Source: Azolla caroliniana (Eukaryota; Plantae; Polypodiophyta). From it: a stretch of DNA of 64,000 nucleotides. Under the pieces are notes generated by a model. It ran no database searches, was not told where the DNA came from, and saw nothing but the letters and a program-made list of their open reading frames with translations. Made by a program: the position numbers and the translations under genes. How positions within the stretch are numbered: position 1 is the first letter of the stretch; the number at the start of each line of letters is the position of its first letter. Of the stretch, positions 1-11,230 are shown one piece after another. The stretch is taken from positions 10,912,001 through 10,976,000 of the forward strand of contig JBHGNT010000008.1 of assembly GCA_043228905.1 (NCBI GenBank), in the 5' to 3' direction.

Positions 1-1703
1 AACTCCGTGCAATCAGGCGGGACCACCCACCCACAAGCAAGCCTATCCGTCAAACCTCCGTGCAAGCGCAACAACAATGCACCGGTAGCCTGTGGCTCCG
101 GTTGATAGGTGAACAGATTGCCGGAGCAGTGGGGTATATTGAGGCGGAAGAAAGAGCGCAAAGCGAACGGTTGCTCGTCACAACCAAACAACTAGAGACG
201 GCCCAGTCCAGAATCCGGTGCCTTGAAAAAGACTTGGATCGGGTCACAACAGAAATGGCCAAAATGGCCTTAACGGCAACACAGATCCAAGCACCGGTGA
301 CTCCGGTAAGTGTACAGAATAAAGAACCAGACCAACCTGTACATACTAATAAGACCCCGGCAATGGAAACCGTTCCAGAGAGAGATGCGGTGCAAGCCCA
401 GGAGCTTGCGGAATTGAGAGATGAACTTGCCGCACAAGAAGCGCTAAGGAGCCGTGAACGGGAATTGAAGACAGCGGCCGAAGCAGAATTAAAGAAGACA
501 GCTGAGAACCTCCGCCGGGCAGAGGAGAGCCTCCGGAAAGGCCATCAAGCGTACGACCGGTTAAGGGAAGAAAAAGACAAAGTGCTGCAGGAAAAGGACA
601 AGCTGCGGAAGACGGTGGAAACGGAAATTGAATGGCTAAAGGAGGAGCTCCGCCAGCAGAAGGACCGCGAGGACCGGGCCCGTCGACAGATCAACGTACG
701 ACTCAAGCAAAAGACAGATGATTTTGAGCACCTGCACCTGGACTACAAACGGCTGGAAACGGAGCATAAGGAACGGGTGGCCGAGCTTTAGTAGGAAGTT
801 GATCGGGCCGCGACGGCGCTTGCCGACGAACGAGTGGAAAATACAAGACGGTTGGACGAGGCGGAGAAGGTCTGGACGGAGCTCCAGAGGCAACAACAGG
901 AAGAAAAGGAGAGAGCGACAACAGTATTGCAAAAATTACAAACCATATATCAAAGGCAATTGATGCATTACAAGGAGCAGGCGGAGGACAACGTCAAAAT
1001 CATCAAGCAATTGAAGGAGGAACGGCAAGCTGCGGAGATCAAATCGCAGATGGGAACAGGCCGGATTCAGTGCATCCTCCGGGCATGGCTGAATCAGACA
1101 AAACTCTTGATTGACGAAAGCTCCGTAAGATGGTGGACAAAGTGGGCACAAAATACGGCGGAACTCCAATTGCTACGGGCAGACGTGGCAAACCGGCGAA
1201 AGGAAGGAGATGATTGGTACACGTTGACTTCCGAGGACTTCACCGCCATACGGGACGAGCTGGCTGAAGACTTCCAAGTCCTGGCAGATGAACAGCTGGT
1301 GCAGGTCTGGCAACTCATAGCTCAGCTAGACGATGATAGGCTGGACGCTCAAATCCAGTTTGAAAGCTACGAGCGGTCCCGGGTTCGGGAAGGAAAAGCA
1401 CGGGAAGCGGCAACGGTTAACCTTAGTGATGAGGAACCGTCTCCGGCCGAGGGCCAGGTAGGAACCAGTCAACTGGAGACCACTACGACGGAAACGCCGG
1501 TGTCAGAGCAACAAACGGAGGAGCAGCCACAACAGCCACCAACGGACCAGCCACAACAGCCACCAACGGACCAGTCGCAGCAGCCATCAACGGAGCAGCA
1601 ACAACAGCAGCAACAACCACAACAACAACAACAACAACCAATTCTAGAGGAACCATTGGAGACTCTCGAACAAAGCATTCTGGATATTTTGGACGAAGAA
1701 TAA
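1..1703 (+). pseudogene. Extra 3' ORF of element A: long coiled-coil protein with Q/P/E-rich tail, one in-frame stop at 789-791
   Basis: E/K/R/Q heptad-rich translation ending QQQQ...EQSILDILDEE*, matching the end of the B copy near 10730. Confidence 0.8.
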
Positions 1704-1716
1704 CAAGGGTTGGATG

Positions 1717-1758
1717 GTGGATTCGACGTACAAGGTACTGTCCCACGAGCGTGCCATG
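1717..1758 (+). other. tRNA-Arg 3'-end-like motif (inverted PBS) at the PPT position of element A
   Basis: GTGGATTCGAC-GTAC-AAG-GTAC-T-GTCCCACGAGCGTGCCA-TG, then LTR TGTTAC. No purine tract. Near-complementary to the PBS at 57368-57385. Confidence 0.85.
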
Positions 1759-2193
1759 TGTTACCGGCCGGCAAAGGAGTCCAGAGTGTGTAACGAAGGA
1801 GTTATTTAATTATTAAGGAATGGTTGTAAGTAAGCTATTAGTGTGGACGGATGGACCGGAATCGGTATGCCGTTCCGGATCTGGACCGATCCCGAACAGG
1901 TGTGGATGGCACCGTTTTGTACTACAAACCAGAAACCTATTTAAAGGCCCGGATGCAATGTAATGTTCAGCGGATAATTAATGAAGCTTAGTGTTTTTAT
2001 CTCTGTGTGTTAATTGCCATTCTGCATTCATTGTTATATCTTACGCGTGTGATTATTAAGGACGATCTTGCTAAGTAACCTAATTAAGTCGGATTAATCG
2101 TTGAGCCTAATCCTCTTGCCGTAACACCCCTTTGGTGAAGTGTCTTCCGTAGACACCTTGTGTTAGGCCATTGTCCGGCCCTAAGAGTTAACA
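1759..2193 (+). repeat. 3' LTR of element A
   Basis: TGTTA...TAACA termini, TATA-like CTATTTAAAG at about 1937, homologous to 10788-11230. Confidence 0.9.
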
Positions 2194-2239
2194 GACCAGA
2201 GGTCGAGGAGTTGGATACCTTGCGACACCAGAACCAGAA

Positions 2240-3700
2240 TTGACAAGGCTGGAACCTCCGGCACCGGAAGTCGAGCACACTTCGGAACCAGAAGTCGAGC
2301 AAGAGAGACCTTCGACACTGGAAGTCGAGGAGGAGAGGCCTCCGACACCGAAAGAGGAGCGGGAAAGACCTCTGACGCCGATAGAGGAGCGGGAAAGACC
2401 TCCGACGCCCACAGAGGAGGAGGAAAGACCACCGACACCACCAACCCACGTACGGACACCAGACGACGATATGTCGTTCCAATATCCCAGATACCGGGAT
2501 GATCCGGACGTGGAAGCCCACGTTCATGCGTTTCAGTGTCCCAACGCTTAAATGCGGCCGAAGAGGAACGCTAAAAAATGGCAGAGTTCGGCATGACCCT
2601 GGAGGAACCGGCCGCCAGATGGCACCAAACACAAGATCCCAACACCATCCCCATGTTTGAAGCATTAAAGACCAAATTCTTGCATTTCTTTCACAAGGAG
2701 ATGGACCAACGGGAAATGGTAAGCATATTTACCATTATCCGGCAGGAACCAACGGAGAACATTCAACAGTTTGTCATCCGGTTCCAACGGATCCACGGTC
2801 AGCTCAACTGGGCACCACCCGAGGAAGAAACAAAGGCCATATTCTTAGCAGCACTCTGGCAACCCTTACGAACGGTGTGCACCGTCATCGATTTCCGCAC
2901 CAGCAGCATAGATCAAGTGATCGACCGAGTTCGGGAAATGGAAAAATCAAGTTCATGGCTAACCCTGGGCGCACTTCAACGTGCACTACCGACAGATGAG
3001 GACCTCCGCTTCCGGCAAGCAATTCAATGTACGACATGCTTGAATGCCAGACATTCGACGTTGGAATGCACCATGCGTTCCCAATGCTTACTCTGCCACT
3101 CCAGAAGTCACACAATGGAACGGTGTGAGTATAACTTGTTAAATCGGCAAGCACCGCCGGTTTGGCAAATTGAACCACGAAGCAACCGGAAGGAAGAAGA
3201 AGAATGCTGGCGGCGAGAGGAGCGCTACTGGCCGGCACAAGATGTTCGGTACAACGATCGAAGAGACACTTATAACCGGTATGACAGACAGGATAGATAC
3301 CAGGACTATAATGGATGGTACGAGAGATACAACCGGGATCACTCCCCTGGTTACAACCAACGACGAGACGACTATGGCAAGTATGAAGACCAACCTCGTC
3401 ACGGTTACCGAAACAAAAAGAATTTCAACAAGAAATGATATTTCCACAAAACGGGGGGTCATCCACGGGAATCGGAAAAGGGCGCTCCAGGCAGCCAACC
3501 GGACCAAAACCAAGCACTTACCATAGGACCTCAACCGGGTGCGGGCACAAACGTTGAATCCAGCAACACCCGGAAGGCGTACTGCTATTATTGCCGGCAA
3601 GAAGGCCACTATAGTAACCAATGTCCGGCGAAGAGGTACGACAAGCGACAAGCGGTGAACATGGTAGACAAGTCACTACAAGATCAAAAGGCAAAGCCAC
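2240..3700 (+). pseudogene. gag: gag of element B: EEERPPTP repeats, capsid-like region, three CCHC knuckles
   Basis: CTTCLNARHSTLEC and CLLCHSRSHTMERC in ORF 2578-3438; CYYCRQEGHYSNQC at about 3583-3624. Confidence 0.85.
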
Positions 3701-3746
3701 GGAGTGGGAAACTCAAGAAGCCATCCGGAAGTAGGCAACCAAATGG

Positions 3747-6700
3747 GTGAAGAAGGCAAACGAGCGGAATGTGGCAGAGCTTGAACAACAAAAGGAGAAT
3801 GTCGACGAGCTCACCGGCTTAGGGCAGCCCGAAAACCCAACATGGCAGGCGTTACAAGAATGCCAAATAATGTTGCCGTTAGGCCGGCTATTGCAACTGG
3901 TACCACGCTTCATGGCAGGACTGAAGACAGGAATGACGAAAACCGACACACCACTGGCTCTGGCTTTCTTTTCAAATCCGGAGGAAGGACCGACAGTGGT
4001 AGACACGAGCACTCTGGCAATCACAACCATCTGGAAAGGAAAAGAGCTACCAGGCATGATTATCGATGGAGGATCCGGCGTGAACATGATCAGCCTCCGT
4101 ATGTGTAACACTCTAGGAATCCATGACTGGGAACCATGCCCGTTTTGGCTTCGGATGGCGGACACAAGCTCAGTACGGCCGACCGGATTAATACGTGATC
4201 TGGAAATGACCATCGGGGGTCACACATTTCGCATTTCTGTAGTAGTTCTCCAGCTACAGGCTCAGGGAGCTTACCCACTATTGTTGGGATGCCCTTGGTT
4301 AAAAACAACACACATCAAACAAAATTGGAGGAAGAATATAATTACGTTCCGGCGTGGAAAAACGAAAGTGCGAGTACCGACTCAACCACGGTCGGGTACC
4401 GACAAGGAATTGACGCCGCTATATGCAGAATGTGTCAACATGCTAGAAGGATTGGCGGACGAAGAGGTCAATCAATACTTACAGGAAAATCCGAAGATCG
4501 TACCGCTGTTCGAAATTGATGTAGCCGAAGCAGTATCACCGTACATACTGCAACTGGACGGGACCGACAAGGAACCGGATAAAGAAGCGATCCGAGAGTT
4601 ACGGCAAGCACAGGAGGCACTGGAAAGAGAAATGGCAGTGTCGCAACACGTAAAAGCATCCCAACTAGAAGAGGTAAACCTAGGTACCACAAAGGACGCA
4701 AGATTGGTTCACATCGCCAAGGAAATGACCCCGGAGAACAAAACGACAATGATCACACTCCTAAAAGATTTTCGCTATGTGTTCGCCTGGTCCTATGAGG
4801 ACATGCGGGGACTCGATCCTCAGTTGTACCAACACCAGATACATCTGAGTAAAGACGCCAAACCAATAGCGCAACAGTGTTATCGGATGAACCCGAATTA
4901 CATAGCAAAAGTCAAAGAAGAAATCGACAAGTTGCTAAGGGTTGGCTTCATCCGACCGGTAAAGAAAGCCACAGGGCTCAGTCTGATAGTCGTAGTACCG
5001 AAAAAGAATGGTAAGATAAGAGTTTGTGTCAACTACCGGAAATTGAATGTGGCTACGGTAACGAACGCCTTCCCACTTCCATTCATGGATGGAGTCTTGG
5101 ATGCGGTCTCCAGTCATGGGGTGTACAATTTTCTGGACGGGTTCAGCGGCTATAATCAGATCCGGATGCACCCCGACGACCAGGAGAAAACCGCTTTTGT
5201 CACCGAATGGGGAGTCTTTATTGTCGTAGTTATGATGTTCGAACTGAAAACGGCGTCGACAACCTTCCAGCGGATCATCATGGAGATTTTCAGTGAATTC
5301 ATTCCGGCATTCATGCAGGTGTTCTTGGACGACTTCGCTGTTTATAGCCGGGAAGGGGATCACCTTCAGCACCTCCGAATATGTCTGGAGAAATGTAGGG
5401 TTTACCGGCTAAGCCTTAACCCGGAAAAATGCGTGTTCGGAGTGTGTCCAACAGAGCGTTACTTGGACACATCGTGAGCAAGGACGGTATTGCAGTGGAT
5501 CTGGACAAGGTCAAAGCTATTTTGGAGGCAACGACACCAACCACGGCAAAGGCATTAAGCCGGTTCTTAGGACAAATTCGGTGGCATAGTCGAATGCTCC
5601 AGTATCTGGCAAACCTAGCTGCACCATTGCATGCCGCGGTACATCGGACACTGTTCCAATGGACGGACACAGAAGACAAGGCTTACTGAGCACTAAAAGT
5701 ACTATTGTCACAAGCGCCGGTGGCGCAATCTCCAGATTGGTCTAAAGAGTTCCATGTGTTCGTTGACGCGTCTGACATCGCAATTGGGAGCGCGCTTATG
5801 CAACTTACAGAACCGAAGTGGTACCGACCAGTGTATTATGCCAATCGGAAGCTGTCCCAAGCGGAACGTAATTATTCCACAATGGAAAGAGAGGCCTTGG
5901 GCATGATCTATAGTGTCACCAAGTTTAGACACTATCTGTTGGGAAGGAAATTTTCCTTTCACGTAGATCATTCGGCGCTCCTCTATTTGGTGTCCAAAGT
6001 ATCACTCACCAGTAAGCTGGCCCGGTGGACGTTACTATTACAAGAATTCGAGTTCGAGATATTCCACTGACCTGGCATACAACATGCGGTAGCAGACTAT
6101 TTGAGCCGATTAGATTCCGGCGAAACCAGTGACGGCGTCCCAGACGAGTTCCCGGACGTAGAGCTGTTTAGAGTCACAACAGAAACGACAATGGATGGTA
6201 CGGTCGCAGAGGAAGAAAAGTGGCTCACCAACATGCACCAATTTCTAAGCACCAGCTTACCTCCGGAGGAGATGAACAGAGACGAGAGGAAACACTTAGC
6301 GGTTCAAAGCCAACACTTCTGTCTATTATAGAACACATTGTACCACAAAGGCGCAGATGGCATATGGCGGCGTGCAGTGCGCAGCGATGAAAAGGACATA
6401 ATATTGCGCGAAGCACACTACGGAGTGGCTGGAGGACATTATGCCGGAGACGCTACGACAATAAAAATATGGCAGAGTGGACTATGGTGGCCAACAACAT
6501 TGAAGGATGCAGTCCAGTACGCTAAAGAATGCGACCTATGTCAGCGAATGGGCCAACCAACCGAACAAGCCAGGATGCCTCACTAGCCCGTGCTACCATT
6601 AGAACCATTTCAGAAATGGGGGCTGGATTTTGTTGGAACATTCAAACCACCAGCAATGAGAGCCAACAACCGATACATGATTGTCGCTACGGATTATTGC

Positions 6701-7500
6701 ACAAAATGGGTGGAAGCCAAAGCACTACGCGACAACACCGCGGCATCCACGGCAAAATTTTTATATGAATACATCTGGTGCCGGTATGGATGTCCGATAG
6801 AGCTAATAAGTGACCAAGGTGGCCACTTCTTAGGACAAGTGGTGGAAAGTTTGACGACATTCTATGCGGTGGTGCATAAACGGAGCACTCCCTATTATCC
6901 GCAAGCCAATGGATTAGCTGAGTCAACAAATAAAACACTACAGAACATCATTCGAAAAATCGTCAATGAGAACCAGACGAATTGGGATACAAAGCTACAC
7001 AGTGCACTCTGGGCCTATCGAAACGGCATATAAGACAAGTATCCACACAACACCGTTTCGCCTAGCATTCAGATGGGAAGTAGTGATGCCAGACGAGTTC
7101 CAAGTACCGAGTTAACGAATACAGATTCGGGAACGCCTAAATGAGAAGGAATCAGAAGCGATCCGGTTACCTGCGCTATGCGAATTGGAAGAACACCGGT
7201 TAGCTAGCATCATGCACCTAGAACTAGAGCAGCGGCGAAGGAAAGCGTTCGTGGATCATCACGGAAAAGGGAACGAAAAGATGTTCGAAATCGGTAAGCC
7301 GGTACTAGTATTCCAGACCCGGATGGGTAAGATGCCGGGGAAGCTACGGTTTCAGTGAACCGGTCCATACTGGATCACGCATGAGTTCAACGGTTCCTAC
7401 CAGTTAGGGACACTCGCCGGTGAGGTTCTGGGTAAATGGGTCAATGGGTTCCGACTCAAACCATACAATCGACCCATGCCAAGAAACCCATTTGAACAAG
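3747..7500 (+). pseudogene. pol: pol of element B (protease, RT, RNase H, integrase), disrupted
   Basis: IIDGGSGVN (PR); LDGFSGYNQI and FLDDF (RT); VDASD, EREAL, VDHSAL (RH); H..H..C..C, GLDFVG, SDQG, NGLAE and a TGPY motif (INT). No chromodomain. Confidence 0.95.
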
Positions 7501-8049
7501 TAAAGGCCGACACAGAACCGGACACCGGTAAGTCGGAAGAGACGGCAACACGTTTAGCAATTGGCAAGGGCGAAGCCGGTAAGAGGGAGCACGAGCCGGC
7601 AAACGGCAAGAACGACGCGACGCAAGCAGTCCAGTGGCCGGCAAGTCCCACAATTCGGATAGGGGTCCGGTGGGACCGGATGTGAATTAACCAAACAGTT
7701 TAAAAAAATAAAATAAAATAAAATCAAGTAAATCATGCAAGGGTGAGGTGTGAACGGACACATGGAAGAACGAGGAGCGAACATGCACTTTGAAAAGGTA
7801 CGTAGTGGGCTATTAATAGGGTATTAAACCGCCACCACATGGCACATCATTCTATTCTAGTACACGACGTGCACACGCATGGGTAAGAAAAAAAAGGTGC
7901 CAACATGCAGCAAGAAAACTCCCATTGCATGGAGGTCTTCACATTTCGCGAACAGAGGAGCACAAACGCACACAGGCGATTGAAGATCATCAGACGCGAG
8001 CCCACGCACACAGAGCCTCCTCAAACACATCCCTCACCAACGCTCACTG

Positions 8050-10734
8050 ACCTCGAAGAAGCCATGGATTGCCAAGCACTCTCTGAAGCAGCCAAGAAGT
8101 GGCTAAGGCAACACGGGTTAGAAGGTTTCCTCACGATCATGGAGGCACCACCACACCGGGAGGCGGAGAAGATAGTAAAGGAAATCGACACAGAACTGAT
8201 CACGGAGGAGGCCATCCATGCTTTGATTGGCCTTCCGGAGTGGCGCATCTTCACTATGAAGGCGTGAAGGTGGACTGGCCGGTACTGATTGTGGACGACC
8301 TCTGTGCGGCAATCGACTTTGTAAGAGGCAAGGAGGGTCGGAAAATATGAACTGCAATGGCGCAATGGCTCACCCTATTGGCGCCACCTATCGAGCCCGC
8401 CAGGACCACGAAGCGGGGGAGAACGACCTAAGGCACCCCGAAAACGGCTTCGAAACGGCAGCAGCTGTTGGCCTCTAAGGCACCCAAAGGGAAGGCGGCT
8501 GACACGGACAAGGCGGCAAAAGAGCGCGCCAATAGGAAGCGGCAGGCAGAAACGCAGGAGGAGACACCGGCACGGCCAATCAAGATCATATTTCACTAAT
8601 CAGTTCAACAAGAGACGGACCCCTTGGTAGCAAAAGTCAACATCGGGACTCAAGAGGAGGAACCGTTAGAGCACCTCCAACGGCGCTAGAAGGCAAGCAC
8701 CGCAGAACAGGCTGGGGAGCGTTCGGACCCAAAGAAGGATGGAACGCCTCTACTCCGCACTGAGCATCCCGCACCAAGGGTGGAACCGGAACCGGTTTGG
8801 ATAGAACCGGTCACAGAGTTCCCTGCACAACAAGCTATATCGGCGGGTCAGGATATGACAGGACCCGAAATTCAAGCACCGGTAGTACAGTTGCCTCCCT
8901 CACTGGCAGGTCAAGAGCAATTAGAGGCGGAGTGGCCAACGGAGGCGCAACCGGAACCAGAACGGCAAAGTGGTCACCAACCAGAGATAGAGTTGTAGCT
9001 CGACGCAACCAAACAAGACCAACACGGGTTGGCGAAACCAACAGCCAACCCTCCGTGCAGATGCAACAACAGGGCACCGGCAGCCAATGGCTCCGGTGGA
9101 TTGGAGAACAGATTGCTGGAGTGGTGCACTACATAGAGGCGGAAGAGAAAGCGCAGATGGACCGGTTGGTAGTCACAACCGGAGAACTAGAGACATCCCG
9201 ATCAAGGATCCAGAGCCTAGAACAAGTCTTGGACCTGGCCACCGAAGAATTGGCCAAAATGGCCTTAACCGGACCACAGATCCAAGCACCGGTGACCCCG
9301 GTAGATGTACAGAATAAAGACACACCAGCACTTGTACATAGTAATAAGACCCCAGAGATGGAACTAGTACCGGAGACAGTGGCGGCGCAAGCGAAAGAGC
9401 TTGCCGAATTGAAAGATGAACTGGCCGCACAAGAAGCATTACACACCCGAGAAAGGGACTTGAAGAAAGCGGCAGAAGAAGAACAAAGAAAGACTGCTGA
9501 GAACCTCCGTTGGGCAGAAGAGAATTTGCAGAAAGGACATCAAGCATATGACCAGCTTAAGGAGGAGAAAGAGAAACTGCTGCAAGAAAAGGATAAGTTG
9601 CGACGGATGGCAGAAACGGAGATTGAAAGACTTAAAGAAGAACTCCGTCAACAGAAAGATCCGGAAGACTGCGCTCGCCGGCAACTCAACCAGAGGCTGA
9701 AGCAGAAGACCGATTATTTTGAGCACCTGCACTGGGACTATAAGCACCTGGATATAGAGCATAAGAAGCAACAGGAGAAGATGGCAGAGCTCCGGCAGGA
9801 AGTTCATCGAGCCGAGATAGCGCTAGCTGAAGAACGAGCTGAAAGAACAACGCTACTGGAGGAAGCCGCGCAGGAACGTACGGAGCTCCAAAAGTAGCAT
9901 TATGAAGAAAAGGAAAGAGCGACAATGGTATTGCAGAGGTTGCAAAACACCTACCAAAACCAATTGTCACATTATCGGGAGTAGGAGGCGGACACGGTGA
10001 AGCTGATCAAGCAATTGAAGGAAGAACGACAAGCCACGGAAGACAAATCGAAGATGGGACTTGAGCGGATCCAGTTCATTGTCTAGGCATGGAGGAACAA
10101 GACAAAACGCTTGATTGACAAAAGCTCTGTGCAATGGTGGGACAAATGGGCAAAGCACATAGCTGAGCTCCAGTTGCTAAGGGTGGACGCGGACAACCGA
10201 CATAAGGATGGCGATGACTGCTACATGCTAACAAAGGAGGACTTCATCGTCGTAAGAGATGAGTTAGCAAAAGACTTTGTAACTCTGGTGGAGGAACAGT
10301 CAGCAGTGGTCTGGCAACAGGGAGCATAGCTAGACGATGATCGACTGGATGCTCAAATCTAGTTTGAAAGCTATGAGCGGACCAGGCTACGGCAAGAAGA
10401 AGCAAAGCAGGCAGCGACCGTCAACCTCAGCGATGAGGAGCAATTGCCGGGGCAAGGACCGGATGGAGACAAGGCCGGGGCGAGTCAACCGGACTCAAAT
10501 CCGGCAGAGTAGCTGACGGAGGAATCACCGCTACAACCGCTAGTACCGGGAGCCGAACAGACGCCATCAAAGGAGCAATAGTCAGCGGAGCCGAAGCCGG
10601 AACAGCAGCAGCCACAAAAACAACAACAACAACAACAACAACAACCACAAGCACAGCAACAACAACAACAGGTTCCCGAAGAACCATTGGACACCCTAGA
10701 GCAGAGTATTCTGGATATCTTGGACGAAGGCTAA
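8050..10734 (+). pseudogene. Extra sense ORF between pol and 3' LTR of element B (globular N-terminus, P/E-rich linker, coiled coil)
   Basis: ORF fragments 7905-8267, 8797-9897 and 10111-10329. Homologous to 1-1703, and the N-terminus matches 62340-62900. Confidence 0.78.
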
Positions 10735-10744
10735 GGGTCGGATA

Positions 10745-10787
10745 GTGGGATTCAACGTACAAGGTACTGTTCCACGGGCATGCCATG
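10745..10787 (+). other. tRNA-Arg 3'-end-like motif (inverted PBS) at the PPT position of element B
   Basis: GTGGGATTCAAC-GTAC-AAG-GTAC-T-GTTCCACGGGCATGCCA-TG, then LTR TGTTAC. Confidence 0.85.
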
Positions 10788-11230
10788 TGTTACCCGGCCG
10801 ACAAAGGAGTTAAAGACCAGAATGTGAAAGGGATTGTATATTCGGAATCTATTATAATTAAGTAGTTTATGAGATGTGAACGGACGGACCGGAATCGGTA
10901 TGCCGATCCGGATCTGGACCGGTTCCGAACAGGTGCCGGTTGGCACCGTTTTGTACTCAGCACCGGTGATCTATATAAAGGCCCAGTTACAATGTAAAAC
11001 TTTGACGGATAATTAATAGAGCTTCTTGTTTTATCTTTAAGTGTTGATTACCGTTCTATGCTAATTGTTCTATCATACGCGTGTATCAAGTCTAATGCCA
11101 TATTGCTAAGTAACCAATTAAATTCTGATTAATTGTTGAGTCTTAAGTTATCTCGTCATAGCACCCCTTTGGTGAAGTGTCTTCCGTAGACACCCTGTGT
11201 TAGGCCATTGTCCGGCCCTAAGGAATAACA
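10788..11230 (+). repeat. 3' LTR of element B
   Basis: TGTTA...TAACA termini, CTATATAAAG at 10971, diverged homologue of 1759-2193. Confidence 0.9.

Larger units (their letters stand above)
1..2193 (+). mobile_element. 3' end of Ty3/Gypsy element A (extra 3' ORF plus 3' LTR); runs off the left edge
   Basis: ORFs 60-791 and 834-1703 are homologous to 8990-10734 of element B. They are followed by an LTR homologous to 10788-11230. Confidence 0.9.
2194..11230 (+). mobile_element. Ty3/Gypsy element B (non-chromovirus, Tat/Athila-like layout); 5' LTR and PBS not in window
   Basis: gag, then PR-RT-RH-INT order, extra 3' ORF and 3' LTR. Many stops and frameshifts. Confidence 0.93.

Noticed and set aside
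1740-1756. Ordinary PBS of a minus-strand element
   Set aside because: The TATA box, T-rich downstream region and all ORFs are on the plus strand. Relative J has its PBS in the normal 5' position.
1469-1774. Cys-rich metallothionein-like ORF (also 10485-10694)
   Set aside because: Antisense reading of (CAA/CAG)n poly-Gln codons.
1759-11230. One intact LTR element bounded by 1759-2193 and 10788-11230
   Set aside because: The LTRs are diverged, there is no PBS after the first, no TSD, and internal sequence precedes the first LTR.
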